A stretch of DNA of 63,996 bases, counting the filler, from Asterionella formosa (Eukaryota): the NCBI GenBank assembly GCA_002256025.1. It is 7 parts of 7 records of this genome, joined end to end, with 100 filler letters (N's around TTAATTAATTAA, not from the genome) between each part and the next. Parts side by side here need not be neighbours in the genome. Positions count along the whole stretch, not along the records: positions 46,048 to 55,146 come from NKIB01011141.1; positions 55,247 to 63,996 come from NKIB01011688.1; 5 more parts are not named here. One strand, written 5' to 3'. The position numbers were made by a program, and so were the translations under genes. Below are positions 46,741 to 60,848 of the stretch, one piece after another. The stretch's first letter is position 1, and each line of letters begins with the position of its first letter. The notes under the pieces are model-generated. The model had not been told where the DNA came from, did not search any database, and saw only the letters and a program-made list of their open reading frames with translations.

Positions 46741-47391
46741 CGACTAGACCACCAGATTCGAGATTAATGTTACCCTTGTTCTCACACTGGCTCCTTTTCT
46801 ACGAACCCACAGTGTTTTGATTCTTTACATGCCTTTTGCCTCCTGTTGTTTTACCGGTAAGCATTAGTTCGTGGAGGTACCGGAACCTACGTGGCGGTTC
46901 TGACATTATCGTTGAAGCTACCAGGTACCATGGTACCCTGATACATAGAAACACTACAAGCAGGTTTGCTTGTCGCGTTTCCTGATGGTACCAGTGGTAT
47001 ATACCGGTAACTAGGAAGGTCTGCGAAAAGACGTTTTGAATTATTATATGAAAACGTAGAACATATGCTCACCTTCCTCATGTGCCAAGTAGTACTCCTA
47101 CAAGATAACAGGTTCCTAGTACCAGCAGGATAAAACAGGGGTCCGTAACGGGTACTCCGAAGTGCCAAGCAAAAAGTCACTGGATCATGCATTGCCACGC
47201 GCTTAACGCAGCGAAAATATTTTCTTATCCAATCGAATACTAAAGAGGGCTACTTGGCACGCACCTCCCTATTACCAGTACAGGCACCGGTAGTCAACTT
47301 GAGGAAGCAAACGATGGTTACCAGCACCTGGTACCGGTACCAGGGTACCATCCAGCCACCATCAGTTGGTTGTACCTGGTACAGTACCTGG

Positions 47392-47598
47392 TGAGCGATC
47401 TTGCGAATCAATACAGATGTATATAGGGTTAGTGTTATTTCATATATATCAGAACTCAAAATTGAGAGAACTCGACTAAATAACCTTTCTATTGTATACT
47501 TTGGTGTCGACTTAGAGAACGAGTTGCACACAAGGATTAACTAATAAGCTCATATACCGGTATTCAACAGATACTACTACTTCTAGTTAGATACTTCA
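47392..47598 (+). mobile_element. Solo LTR (family A) with imperfect 5-bp TSD CCTGG/ACTGG
   Basis: TGAGCGATC...GATACTTCA. Homologous to 477-673 and 55588-55761. Flanks match at 4 of 5 bases. Confidence 0.7.
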
Positions 47599-48199
47599 AC
47601 TGGTACCGGTACTTTTGTCATGTAACAATCGTATGATGTACTTGGGAATTTTAATGTACATGGATTCTTTCTGGTTAGACTAAATTCAGTTTAATAGACT
47701 TGCTTGGTTCAGACTGTATTTTCAATCCATTGCTCCTTGTTCAATTCAGCATTGGATATTTCATTTCTAAAAAGTTAATATATATATCTACAGAAGTGCA
47801 GGTTTCTAGAGGTAGCTCTAGTATATGAATGGCAACAATTTTCCAAGTTGAGAGGAGGTCTGCCAGCCAGAATCATCTCAAAAATATCTGTGCAGGATGG
47901 TGTCAAAATCAAATTGATAATGTGCAAAGGTGTCATTGTTTCATGCCTTTCCAAGTAAATTCACCCATCACTGTGGGTCCTAAATCATCATGTGAATATT
48001 AAAAAGGGTCACAAGCTTAAAAGGAAGATAGGTCTGCAGAAAGGAGCTCAATAAAATCACAGGTAAAGAGGTGATGGCCATAGTGGTCACAGCTCCCAGG
48101 ACTGTTGATAATACTGATATAACTGAGCTGCACGCTCTTGAAAAGTGCATCAAGATAACTTCTGAAGGTGATCCAGACTACTTTTACTATGGTGGTGAA

Positions 48200-48650
48200 A
48201 GCAATTATATACTTGATGAGGCAGCAGTAGATGATGAAAGATGCCTTCAGAGCTCCTTGATCTTGCACCAATCATATGGGCACAATTTGGGGATATGCAG
48301 GAATTTGCTTCAGGACAGCAGCTGACAAAGCATCAACGAGCAATCCAAAACTTTCTTCATTTTGAATTAACTTGAAGCCAACTGTCTTGTAGTGTTTAGA
48401 ATCATTACAATTTTCTGTTGCAATAGATTGCAATGGAAATCATGGAGGGGAAGATGCTCTACATCACAACATGAAGAATTCTATGACAAGCAACAAGGGA
48501 GGAGGGAAGCCTGTTGGCCTCTTGATTTGACTCTCAAAGTCGATTGGGGGTTCAGCAAGGAAAATCATTTTTGACATGTACTTTTTTGTCCTGAAGGGGA
48601 TCATTTAACAAAGGAAGAAGGGCTTGAATGTATCAGCACTCATAGAAAAG
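48200..48650 (+). mobile_element. Possible highly decayed PIF/Harbinger nuclease remnant
   Basis: Frameshifted fragments TAAD..INEQ and F*HVLFCPEG..LNV. Weak. Confidence 0.25.
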
Positions 48651-49749
48651 CGCCGCTTCTGGCTGAAATTCAGTCGAGGTGAAGAAATCAAGTCACACTA
48701 CTTTGAAAATCTTGTGTTTGGCTTGCAGATGAGCGACTGGATGGCCAGTAAAGCTAGACAACATCACCTTCCAATATATATATATATATATATATTTCAT
48801 GAAAGAACAAGGCGACATGATGTCTCGGATGTCTAACTATGGTATGACGACCGTTGAGCCTATTAGTAACAAGGTTTCAATGACAAAATGCAAGGCAGTA
48901 CAAGGAACTAAGCATCAAAAGCAGATCACAAGTACAGAGTAAACCCACAACTATTACAATTGTCAACATACTGTTGATGACCATAATACAAAGAGGGTCT
49001 CCTCAATCAGTTTTGATGTTTTTTCCGATTTCCATGAACTGCTTGCTGGGGCTGTGCATATGTTCTTCTTTGCCTTGCTCGGCTGTAGTTGCTGTTTTTA
49101 TCATTGGTTTCGCTTCTTTCTTTATTGCTTACTTAGTTGTCTCTTGTTTCTTCTCTCCTGCAGAACTGTTGAAATCATCAATGTTGATATGAATGCTGCT
49201 GGCCATATTTTTCTGGTTATATTTGTACACATAGATAAGCCTGTGGACATCGTCATTTTTACCTTCTCGATTAGCATAGGATACAGTGAATTCTGATTCA
49301 GTTATCATCTTCATTGTTGTTTCCGTTTGTCATGTTTTTTAATTTTGTAGCCATGTTTATGTGGGTCTTCTGCTTTGTCACCACTCCTTGAGATGTTTTC
49401 ATTGGCACCAGAGCTTCATCCTTTTGCAGTAGCATCCATAGTTGTGTAACAACACATATCATTACTTGTCCAAACATCCTCATTGCGAGTTGGTGTTGTA
49501 CCGACATCGCTGTTGGTAGTAGTCTTTAGCTCAATTTCAGTTTAGTTGGGTTCATATGGAGGTTTGGCCAATAGGGGCGAGTATTTGGGTTCGAAACGTA
49601 GTACTTTTGCATCTTTTTATGTCTCGTCATTTCGCCTGTTTTCCGTTTAGCGTTCAAAGCTGATACATGAGCATAATGCGGAACCTTTTCTATCATTGTT
49701 GTATCTTGTGGGAGGAAGGAGGGGTCCGCCATGGTGGGGAGGAGGTACC

Positions 49750-51620
49750 CCTCGACCAGCAGACCGCCAAGTAGACTCACCCATAGATTTCTGGAACACT
49801 TCAGTTGGTAGTAACTTGTTTGCTTTTTCACTTTCCACACTTGTGGAACTATCAGGACCCAATCTGCAGGTGCCGCTTGTAAATTGCATGAGTGTGCCCT
49901 TCTTAACTCTTGCTTTTCCTTTGCTGAGAGTGACAAGGGGGTACTGCAGCAATAGCGGGACGAAGTTGCTGGTTGTTCCTTGTCGGAGGTGTCTCCTCCC
50001 TCAGAGGCGGTGGAAGTAGACCTGAAGGCTCCCTCAGAGATGCCATAACCAAAGGTGGCTCCTTCAGAGCCGGAGTGAGTAGAACATCAATAGAAAGGTG
50101 ACGCTAGCTCAGAGGCGATGGGAACAATTGCTAATCAGAAGGTGGTAGCAGAGGCCTGGGAGAAGTGACTGCAGGAGCAGGTGGCATTGAGAGAGCAGAG
50201 ACTGGAACTTGAGCGTCCTGGGCACCTCTAATGAATGAGTTTTGTCTGTCATATTGCTCTTGAGCAAAAATCTTTATTCCTTTCATCACCCAAAGGGAGA
50301 GTTTCAAAATCGTCAAAGAAGTAGTGGAAGTGACGCACTGTGGCCAAAAAGTTTGTCCCAAATTGGATCATCTAAATTTGGAGCTCAATCAGATTCTGAT
50401 ATGACAGTAGAAAACCAAGAATCAAATACACAATGGAACTGGCTAAGGGCTGATGTATCCAGTGTTCAGATTAAGGAACAGTGGGGCAGTTTAGGCATGC
50501 TTCTCTGAGAGACCCAAAAATACTGCACTATGATGTAAACAAGGTTTCCATCCAGGCAGTTTCCTTCCATCCTGCTNNNNNNNNNNNNNNNNNNNNNNNN
50601 NNNNNNNNNNNNNNNNNNNNNNNNNNNNNNNNNNNNNNNNNNNNNNNNNNNNNNNNNNNNNNNNNNNNNNNNNNNNNNNNNNNNNNNNNNNNNNNNNNNN
50701 NNNNNNNNNNNNNNNNNNNNNNNNNNNNNNNNNNNNNNNNNNNNNNNNNNNNNNNNNNNNNNNNNNNNNNNNNNNNNNNNNNNNNNNNNNNNNNNNNNNN
50801 NNNNNNNNNNNNNNNNNNNNNNNNNNNNNNNNNNNNNNNNNNNNNNNNNNNNNNNNNNNNNNNNNNNNNNNNNNNNNNNNNNNNNNNNNNNNNNNNNNNN
50901 NNNNNNNNNNNNNNNNNNNNNNNNNNNNNNNNNNNNNNNNNNNNNNNNNNNNNNNNNNNNNNNNNNNNNNNNNNNNNNNNNNNNNNNNNNNNNNNNNNNN
51001 NNNNNNNNNNNNNNNNNNNNNNNNNNNNNNNNNNNNNNNNNNNNNNNNNNNNNNNCCTGCATGAAAATGGATCTTGAAACATGTCCATGTGAGTGATGCA
51101 GTGTGGAGAGGCGATGCATGAGCATAATGGACCCAATCATGTGCGGGATCTTGTGGCCTCAGAGTTTATTGAGATCGAGTTGGCTCATCATGTGTGGGTC
51201 GCCCACAGCCCATTTGGGCCATAACCTGTGTGTTGGCAGGTTTTTGGAGTGTGGAGAGCGGTGAGTGGAGGCTCAGAGGAGGGCGGAAAATAGAACTTAA
51301 TATAGCATTCATTTGATGAATGAATGTTGTATTAATAGTTCATAGTGAATTATAGTAGTGCAAGGTATGTGGGGAGGTCGCAAGGGGTGGTGAATGCATT
51401 GAATTCCTGTTTTGGTTGTTGGACAATGTATGGAGTTTTCGCAAGTATGACATGAAGGCCAGTGAGTGCCACAGCAGAGTAAATTGTATTTGGACATCAG
51501 TGAAGCCTGTGGCATGGAGGATGACACATGCCCCAACTTGGAGTGAGTGGGTGGATACTAATACTAGTAGTCTTAATTGTTTAGGATCAGTGATGTTGTA
51601 AACCACCTTGGCCACGTATT
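49750..51620 (-). mobile_element. Decayed CoDi-type Ty1/copia retrotransposon (gag-pre-integrase, integrase C-terminus, RT start), gap inside
   Basis: 50575-50404 reads QDGRKLPGWKP..VFLGLSEKHA*TAPLFLNLNTGYISP/QFHCVFDSWFSTV, the typical diatom copia integrase tail. FTLLWHSLAFMSY at about 51460-51490. Confidence 0.75.
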
Positions 51621-52754
51621 ACATACATTGGCTGATATTGGAGGACATGATTAGTCATATGATGTGGCTTTTGTCCCAGTAAATTTTACAAGGGAATGAT
51701 CATAGTGTCTGTGGCAACGCTTAGTGATGCTGAGCATGCTGGTCACACAACAGAGGTTTGCATTTGTTGTATTGCAAGAGAAGCGTTTCTTGTTGCCGTT
51801 TTCACAGTTCTTGAGATGCTGTGACATGTCATCCAACAAAACAGAGTTCACCTATGGGATAACAACAAGCATGCTGTCATGTACTGTGTAATTTCCAGTT
51901 GAGTTTTGAACACGCAGGTATTATAATTTGTATTACCAATATATAATTTGTATTACCAATATAGGCAACGCCATTTCCTCAAAATAAGCCACTGCTATCC
52001 CGTTATATCGTTTGACTAGTTTTTGACAATCATATATAATGGCTTCACAACCCAAAGGAGACTCAAGTTCCATGTACTCAACACTTTGGAGTACCTATAT
52101 TAGTCCTTATTACGAGGTTACACAATTGGAGAAACATGATGCATTACTATACCTAGCTACTGGTATAGCTAATCTATTTGAAGACAGACCATGTGACATC
52201 GGATGACAAAAGTGGAACTACGATGTTGCCACATGCCACAATCATCCGGAGCACAAAGTGTAGCTGATGGTCATTTGGTTCCTATGAATATCTGTGCAGA
52301 TTGACTGGTACTCCTACCGTGGAAGGTCGGATACCTGAGATATTTAGCTTGGCGAATTTTTCCAATAGAAGACAGTCTACTGGATCTTACTCTGGTGTAC
52401 TACCGTATACGAACTCTTCACTTCTCCTTCCTGGAAGCAATGTATCTTATGTTATAACTGCCGCCTTGGGGAGCCATGTTCGATGGACTTGATCCCCCAA
52501 ACGGGGGGGGGGGACAGCTATGGTTTATTCTCTAATTTTGGAGACATGACAATTTTCACTTCCAAAGTTGATTGCTTTATTTACTTCATGTTACTTTGCA
52601 GACTAGTCTGTAAATTACAATAAATTTTAATATAATTGGCAACGTTAATACCGGTCTACACTTGTGATTTCTTTCACTTGCTTCTTCTTAACTTGTCCTG
52701 TACCGAAAGGAAGGGAAAATTATGCATTGGTACAAATACCTGCAATCTACTTCA

Positions 52755-55130
52755 TCAAGGCCACTTCAGAAGCGTTCTTCTCAATGTAGCGATGCTCATG
52801 CAGTCCTCTCCTGACAAGGCTGATGGTTGATGAGGCCTTACTTCGCCGTCATCATCATTGTGGTCATAATCCATGTCGATGCCCAAATCATCCAAAATGG
52901 CTTCGACTGTCGTTCTTCTATTGATTGAACTCAAACAGACTGGCTTACCTGCTGTGAGAACAGAAAGAACCACTGCATCTGTGTTAGTCCTATCATCGAT
53001 TGTCAATGGCCTTGGGCGCTCGTCGATGTTGAGCCTAGATTGCTGGAAATAGTCATTGAGAAAATCAATTTCTTCAACAGACACCTGTCGTTTCTCGAGA
53101 ATATCAGGACGTAGCGCATCAGGAACATATTGGGCTTTCAATGCATTTGAACGTGCACTTGCATCGCGGTTAAGTGCTGCCCGCTTCACTGACCCCGAAG
53201 CAAAACCAAGCTTACTTGTTTCGTCCTCGTTTTGATTGGAAGTCATTCGTTTCACCATATCTGNNNNNNNNNNNNNNNNNNNNNNNNNNNNNNNNNNNNN
53301 NNNNNNNNNNNNNNNNNNNNNNNNNNNNNNNNNNNNNNNNNNNNNNNNNNNNNNNNNNNNNNNNNNNNNNNNNNNNNNNNNNNNNNNNNNNNNNNNNNNN
53401 NNNNNNNNNNNNNNNNNNNNNNNNNNNNNNNNNNNNNNNNNNNNNNNNNNNNNNNNNNNNNNNNNNNNNNNNNNNNNNNNNNNNNNNNNNNNNNNNNNNN
53501 NNNNNNNNNNNNNNNNNNNNNNNNNNNNNNNNNNNNNNNNNNNNNNNNNNNNNNNNNNNNNNNNNNNNNNNNNNNNNNNNNNNNNNNNNNNNNNNNNNNN
53601 NNNNNNNNNNNNNNNNNNNNNNNNNNNNNNNNNNNNNNNNNNNNNNNNNNNNNNNNNNNNNNNNNNNNNNNNNNNNNNNNNNNNNNNNNNNNNNNNNNNN
53701 NNNNNNNNNNNNNNNNNNNNNNNNNNAAAGATCAAGAATTGAACGATTTTCATCGTTCAATTCTTCATCGCTGACAAGACGTGCATAGTTCCTGTGTTGT
53801 CCTGGTTTGTCAGTTGTCATCAGTATACTGGAAGGCATTGAAATGGGCTCCCATGTCATCGATCTGCGGCTTTCAAAAGGAACTGCTTGACTCAAAATAG
53901 ATGCACCAGGTAAATTAAGTCCTCCAAGTGAGTGAGCTTCGTTGAGTGCAGTCAATGGGACTGATAGCCTTGGACCATGGTGGTAGGAACCAGATCCATA
54001 CGTTTCTTCAGCTTGAAGGGGTAGAATTGCCTGGGGAGGCCCCATTGGCGGAAGTGCAACCATCCGGCCATCGTCTTGAGTTGGACTGTCAGCATGGCAA
54101 AATCTCCAAGATTGGCTTCCTTCAATGGCATCTTCCTCGTTCACTGCAGAGCTGCCTGGCACGACCATGTCGTAATCAGTCAGTACTGTGTCACTACTAC
54201 TGGGGTCTCCAGTTTGAAAAGGAACATAGGAAAGTGGCAGAGGATCAAGATCCTCATTCCATTCAAAGTCGTGTAGAGAAAGGTGCTCTCCAGGCTCCAA
54301 GGATGACTCGCCTAGCGAATGCACGAACCTAAGGACGGGTTGCTTGGGAGGAAGATTTGGTTCGCTTCCGTCGATTGTTCCAATCTGTTCTCGAAAGGCA
54401 ATCTTCGTTGGCTCCTGTTTTTTTGAAAATTAGTAGGACTCGTGAGATGGTTGACGATAAAATCTAGCTTGACATTTATAGAGACATCATTGAAAAACAT
54501 GAATCTACAACAACAACACAACGGCACCCACCTTGTCTCCTGACAATGAGTCGTCCGAGCGCTCCTCATCGCCGCTTGCGTTCTTTTTTAGCTTCATTCC
54601 CTGAACTTTGATTTCTCTGAATAGTTGGGACGTCTTTTCCTTGGCAACCTTGTCACCAACATCTTCCCATAGATCATCCACGCTCTTCTTCAAGAAGCGA
54701 CCAGGAGGGTCTTGAGTGGTCCGCCAGGAGTGCACCATGGCGGCAACGATGGGTCCCTTATCAGTACGGGCTGCCATTGCGTAATTTGGATTATTCTCTT
54801 TCACAAGGTCGCGGTATCGTTTGTTTCCGAGATCTGAACTCAAATTGCATAGAGAACGAAAGGGATGAGGCAAGGGAGCGATCGATGAGAACATTAATGT
54901 GAGTATGTCAAGCGATATTCAAAAAGTCACAATACTGAAGTGCTGAGAAGAGGTACTAATGGTGGAAACGCAAGGAACTTACGGTTATTGGTACCTCCTC
55001 CTCGACCACAAAGTACATCATTCTCGTGAGGTTCTCCGATTCCTTGCAATGGCCATGGCGTAGTCGAATCCGCGACCTTGGTACTGCCTGCTGTCACAAC
55101 TGGCGCTTCCTTCAAATGGCACTCATCCAT
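52755..55130 (-). CDS. DUF6824-domain protein; exons 55130-54983, 54833-54532 and 54414 onward across the gap to 52755
   Basis: PHENDVLCGRGGGTNN/HLGNKRYRDLV..DPPGRFL..WEDVGDKVAKEKTSQ. C-terminal VKRMTSNQNE and VKRAALNRD. Introns join in frame. Joining across the gap is inferred. Confidence 0.8.
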
Positions 55131-55587
55131 ATTACCTGTGTTGGTANNNNNNNNNNNNNNNNNNNNNNNNNNNNNNNNNNNNNNNNNNNNTTAATTAATT
55201 AANNNNNNNNNNNNNNNNNNNNNNNNNNNNNNNNNNNNNNNNNNNNAGTTGCTTTAACCGGGTACGTGGCCATATGGAGGGACTGCATCTATACGTACAT
55301 TGTGATGTGGGTAGCAGGAGTTGTACGGCAAATGCGATGCTGCAGGAGCATAATAAACCTGCATGGATCCATGCACCAACCAGGAGTAATGCACCCGGAG
55401 GGTACGGGAAGCTATTTCCCAGCAGCAATGGACCACCTGACCCTTAGGGAAGAGGCCTAGAGTAATCTAGAACCTGACACAATGGTACAATTGCTTTTCA
55501 ATGCACTATGCATATTACAGAACGAATTAATATTTGTCATATCAAACCTTTTCATAGGTAAAAGGTTTTCCCTTAAGTGTGGGAGAG

Positions 55588-55761
55588 TGAGCTATCCTGC
55601 ACATCGATACAGATGTATATAGGGTTAGGGTTATATCAAATATATCAGAACTCGACTAACACCCATTGTTTACTTTGATATCAACTTGGGAAACAAGTTG
55701 TACATAAGATTAATTAGCTCATATATTCAACAAATGCTACTTCTTCCAGTTAGATACATCA
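55588..55761 (+). mobile_element. LTR (family A), probably a 3' LTR preceded by a polypurine tract
   Basis: GGGAGAG immediately before TGAGCTATC...GATACATCA. Confidence 0.65.
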
Positions 55762-56020
55762 CCAGGTACCAGGTACCAGTTACCTTGTATTACTTTACCG
55801 TTGAGCGCCGCCCATATATCATCTACACGGTACCAGGTATATCATTTCATATACTGGTAGACTACCGGTAATACTGACTGTAGCCTCTAGCACCCTCGAT
55901 AATAAATAAATAATTCTAAAAGTGCAATGACGACGACTCTCTCCTTCTACTTTACTTCTAACAAAACCAAAAGTCTACATTGGGTCTACCAGTCGCTTCA
56001 AATGCAAAAAATTCTTACTT

Positions 56021-59000
56021 CTAGAGCATTCCACGAATGACTTGAAGAAGCATTTGTAAACGTCGCCGCAGAGCTGGATCGTGTTGCATCTTGGCATTAA
56101 TATTTCTGACCAACTCCTGTAGCACCGCCGGGACATGGCGAGCAATGCTCTCATTTGCTGGATCCAGGGTAAGAGCAATCTCTTGCAACCATGAAACGGA
56201 GTTCTCCAAATCTGAACCAGTGGCTGGTATGATAGCAATTCCAAGTTGCTGCATCAAACACAACAGAATCGGCTGGCTCAATGCAGGCTTTTCACCTCCC
56301 AAAACATCGGTCACGTCAGCATTGTTACAACAAAAGGTAGCCATGTCGGTAGTCGAAAGCGACAACGCCCTGGTGAAAGCACTTTCATATTTTTTGGCTT
56401 CAAGGTCGTCCATAATCTTGATCCGCATAGCTTCCATTTGGTCTGCGGGGGAGGGAGGAACTGGAACACTACGGGAACTTTCAGGAGGAGGACCTTGAGC
56501 CTTCAGTATCGATCGCAGTTGCGATATTTCGGCAGTAAGCGCTTCAATAGCCTTTGCCATTTCGTCGACTCTTCCAGACAAATCGGGGCTCGCGTCGACC
56601 GATTGGACCGATAAAACGCTTGCGGATATTTGTGACATTATTTCACGAGTTGTCGATTCATACGCTGGGATCAATGTGGATTTCATGCTTTCAGTGAAGG
56701 CCTCCTTTAATGGCTGTTCGACACTACCTGAAATCGCAGTCATGATTGCCTCAATGTGAACGTTAGCACTCTGAACTAGCGCCTTATCCATTGAGGCCTG
56801 CAATGGATTCAAGATTGATTGCTCAATCGTCAACGCTATCACCTTGGCAATCTCAGGAAGCACAGTGATCTGGATTTCTGACTTGACCCTTCGTTGAACC
56901 TCGTCGGCGACTTGTTTCTCGTGAATCTTGAACTGCGCAGTCATAACTTTCGTCAACGACTCTTCCCATTCAGGTGAAATGGCCACTGATGGGACCATTG
57001 AAGTCGTCTGCAATGGAATAGGAGCGAGAGGAACATTGCTGCTATCGGGATCAGAGAATTCTTTCTTCAAAATCGTTATCTTTTGGGGTTGAGCTGCAAT
57101 TTCCTTCTTGGGTTTAGCACTCTTTGGAGATCGATCTCTCTGGGACTTCTTCTTTTGACCACTGTCGAGACGAAATATGGAAGAGTTAGAAAATATTATA
57201 CTAGTGACTTACAATTTTTGAAAATAAATAATAAAACCCACCTTGTATCGCCATTGCCTGACATGATCTGGACAGGAGAAAGGAGGGAAGGTTGCACATG
57301 GAGTATGGGGTGTTTTTCTGGAAGATGTGGTAGACTAACAGCTCCAATCAAACCTGGGGGCAATGCACCTGCAACAGGAACAATGAGTGGCGTCACAGCC
57401 GGTGTGTGACACGGGGTTTTTGGAACTGGTGGCGGAGACCGGCTGGTTGCCATGGATCGCATAAGTGCAACATGGGGTTGGCCAGCAACTCCTGCTTGGT
57501 TTGCAATAGCACCAAGCCAGTTGGCAAATGGGTTCTCATCAGCTGGAATCCCAATGCCTTCTGGAGTTGGAAGCGACGATGCCTCTGGGCCGCTGTAATC
57601 TTCGTTGTCATCGCCGTCATCATCGTGGACTCTTCCGCCGAAATAATCATCATCGTATTCCTCGTATTCGACTGATTCCACCACATGGGCAGTTCCCACC
57701 TCAAGTGGCAGCGATATCACTGCAGGAATATTGCCTTCCCATTCGGTCAAAGGAGGGAAACACATATAGTGGGGCACAACCATGTGCTGGACAGCCTTTG
57801 TCTGGAGAGCACAGATAAGGATATCGAAGTTAACCCCGCCACGATAGTCTTCCTCGGCGTTTTCGGCTGGCCTTCCGGCAATGGCCCATGAATAGGTAGC
57901 GAACTTGCTCATGAATGGAACAATGTAATCAAACCCAATAGCGATGGGGCGCTTTGGTGTTGAATAACTCCACATACTCTTCAAATGAAGTGCAAATATC
58001 TTTCCACTCTTCCGATCTGACAGCATAAAGAAGAAAGCGGGCGGTTCGCTCTCTCCAGGAGTGTGAACATGCGCGGGCGGAGTAACATACGCAAGGTTGT
58101 AGGCCGCATCCTTTTCGTCAATTCCAAATATTTGCAACTTAGTAGGCTGTGCCGATTCAGTAAATGGCGACCACACAGTAATCTCTGAGCTCCCTTTGGT
58201 TGCAGTGCAAAAGCAGGTTGTCAAGGCAGAGCCTATAGATGCTCCATCAGCCGAAACAAGGTTTTCATGAGGCAAGAAGAATCCCCGAGTCACAGGATTG
58301 CTATCTTGAAGAATGGCCTTGCAGGTCGCAGCAATAGTGCCATCGTTGTTGGATGCTGAAGGTATTTTGATATCCCAGAGTCGGATCGTTCCGTCGTCGT
58401 GCGTAGTCATGACATGACGAGCATCACCACTCGACCAATCCAAGTCAGTCACATTAGCGCCTCCAGACAACTGGATCGCCCCCTCCATGACGGCGTATTC
58501 ATCATGAAGCACGCAAACAGCATGTCCCTCACTCTTATGTTTGACAGTTCGCATTCTCGTACTCTCCACCAAAGTCGCGACAGTCTTTCCTTCTCCATTT
58601 CGGTGAAAGAGCCAAAATTGATTCGGATTGAAGGGGTGCCATTTGAGGCGCGTAATATTGGGTAATGTAGCCGGGATTTCCATTAGCTTTTCCGCCAGGA
58701 TTTCTGGTGATCGTTCGAAGATCCGCCATATGATGACGTTCCCTCCAACAGTGCCCAAGACATCGCCTTGGTTGAAATACTGAATGTCCGTAACTTTGCT
58801 TCCTTCGTGTCCTCTCAGAAGACACTTGAGAGTGGATTGCCGATGCAGAACGCGAATCAGAGCATTCTTGACGGCGTAAACGACAAATTGCTGGTTGATG
58901 TCCAAAATCTTTCCATTCGGACAATCATCGTTGGGAATGGCTTCAAAGGAAGCCAATTGCTGAGCCTCTGGTTGTGGAGTCGAATCATTGACCCCTAGAG

Positions 59001-59061
59001 GGTTAAAGAGCACCTTCACCTTACCAGTTGGCAAGGGGATAGCGCCGTTATCGTCTGTCAT
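56021..59061 (-). CDS. EDC4: Enhancer of mRNA decapping 4 (EDC4/VARICOSE/Ge-1); intron 57162-57241
   Basis: N-terminal WD40 (VVYAVKNALIRVLH..LLRGH), Pro-rich linker, helical region, and C-terminal YESAFTRALS..LSQPILLCLMQQL. Confidence 0.88.
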
Positions 59062-60047
59062 GGTGGCAATGTGTGGACTCGGCAGAAATGGTTATGTATG
59101 TATTGTATTCACCGCTTCCTTTTTTTACCTAGGATGGAATTGATATTGGACGCTTTTGACGATGCCGATGCCAACTGACTGTATGTTGTACTTGAAACCT
59201 GGTACAACCTGATAGGTACCTGGTACCCTGGTACTGCAGGTATCACGAGCATCGATCGAGGTCTTTTTGTGGTGGGATGGATGCAGTGTATATATTATAT
59301 AGCGGTATATTATTGGCGTCACTCCTATTTCCCTGCCTTCGCTCCTTGTTAGCACACCCATGCGCGGCGGAGGATCGCAATACCGGTATGTTCGGACAGG
59401 TACCAGTACTATCGGTACATGGGTAGATGCTGTAGAACAAGCTCGCAGTCGGAGCATTAGGGAAGGCCCGGCAATTGAGATATTTAGCTTAGTTTTTCTT
59501 GTACCGAAAACGTGTTTTACCGGACCTTCAACAACCATCGTCTACCGAATTCAACTGTACGTATGTAGAAAAAAGGAAATCATATGTAATGCAACCAGGG
59601 TACCTAGTACCAGGTACCAGGTACCACTGGTAAGTAATGCAAAGTAGGCCGTCGAACGTAAAATACCGCCGGTTAGCAAATAGTTTTAGTAAGAAGTAAT
59701 AAAATAAGTGAAGTATCTTTGTACCAAGTTGGTTGAGTACCTGGTACTGGTACCAGCGAGGAATTGGTGGTAAATTCAAAATAATGATATACGACCACTG
59801 ATATACTGTACATAGGGTGAATTCTTCATGAAAACACAAGAAGACCATTTCTGGTGTGATGTACCGGGCACCTGGTACCTGGTACCTGGTACCAGTTCGC
59901 AATCGTGAGGACACTACATAGAAACGGAATAAATCTAACTTCGGGTTTTTAATTATGACTGGGTGCTGCACAGAGACTGAAATTTGGATAGCCACCATAG
60001 TAGAGCTGGCGGTTGGATGCAGATTCTACCATGTCATTACACTTGCT

Positions 60048-60630
60048 TCATTCCCTCTGACAATGGTGGTCTCCAGATCTACTTTGTCTCCCATGTACAT
60101 CAATAGCTGTATCTAACCATTTGTGACCATCATGAGCCAAAGAGACACCGTTGCACAAAGCAAAAAAGGCACCGATCCATTTATATTGACTTGTTTCAGG
60201 ACCCTTCTTTGTGATTTGCTGTTGATCTTGGACATATCCACACCCACCCTTCCACTTTGGGGCATCCTTCAAAATCGGCCAACACCCTTCAAACACAAAT
60301 TCTCTACCCAGTTTCCTTCCAATAGCTCCCTGGCTCCTTCAAGGTAGTTGTCATCTGTCCAAACTGACTTAGCAATGGACATAACCTGTGAATAGAGGCC
60401 ACAAAACTTTGTCACATCTTGATTGATTGTTCCCCATTGAGCAGTGCACACCATTGAGGTGCAATCCTTCCCATCTGGCTGGTAGAAGCTCAACAAAAAT
60501 CTGGAATACCCTGCTCCAAAACTTGCTTGCTTTCTGACCAGTCCCAGTGATTGCATCTTCACTTGTTACTACCCAGGCCTGAGAGAGTGCTTCATCCTCT
60601 TCCTTCTCCAACATGACTCTGGAACCCATC
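60048..60630 (-). mobile_element. Decayed PIF/Harbinger accessory Myb/SANT-like (NAM-associated) gene
   Basis: Frameshifted EEDEALSQAWVVTSEDAITGTGQKASKFWSRV, WGTINQDVTKFCGLY and FEGCWPILKDAPKW. Confidence 0.7.
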
Positions 60631-60848
60631 CTGACAATGATGATTGTTGTTTTATGATGTTGACTCAATATGTAGACACACCAAGATCACATTGGCCTAT
60701 AGAGTTCTACATGAAGAGACTATAGTGAATGTACTGTAATTATGTATGCACTCATTAAAATATAAACGTTAGGCTGCCGGCGCAAGCCTCAATCTAAACC
60801 AATAGAAATGTTCCTTTTATTTGGCTACGGTCAGAGTCTACCAAACAA

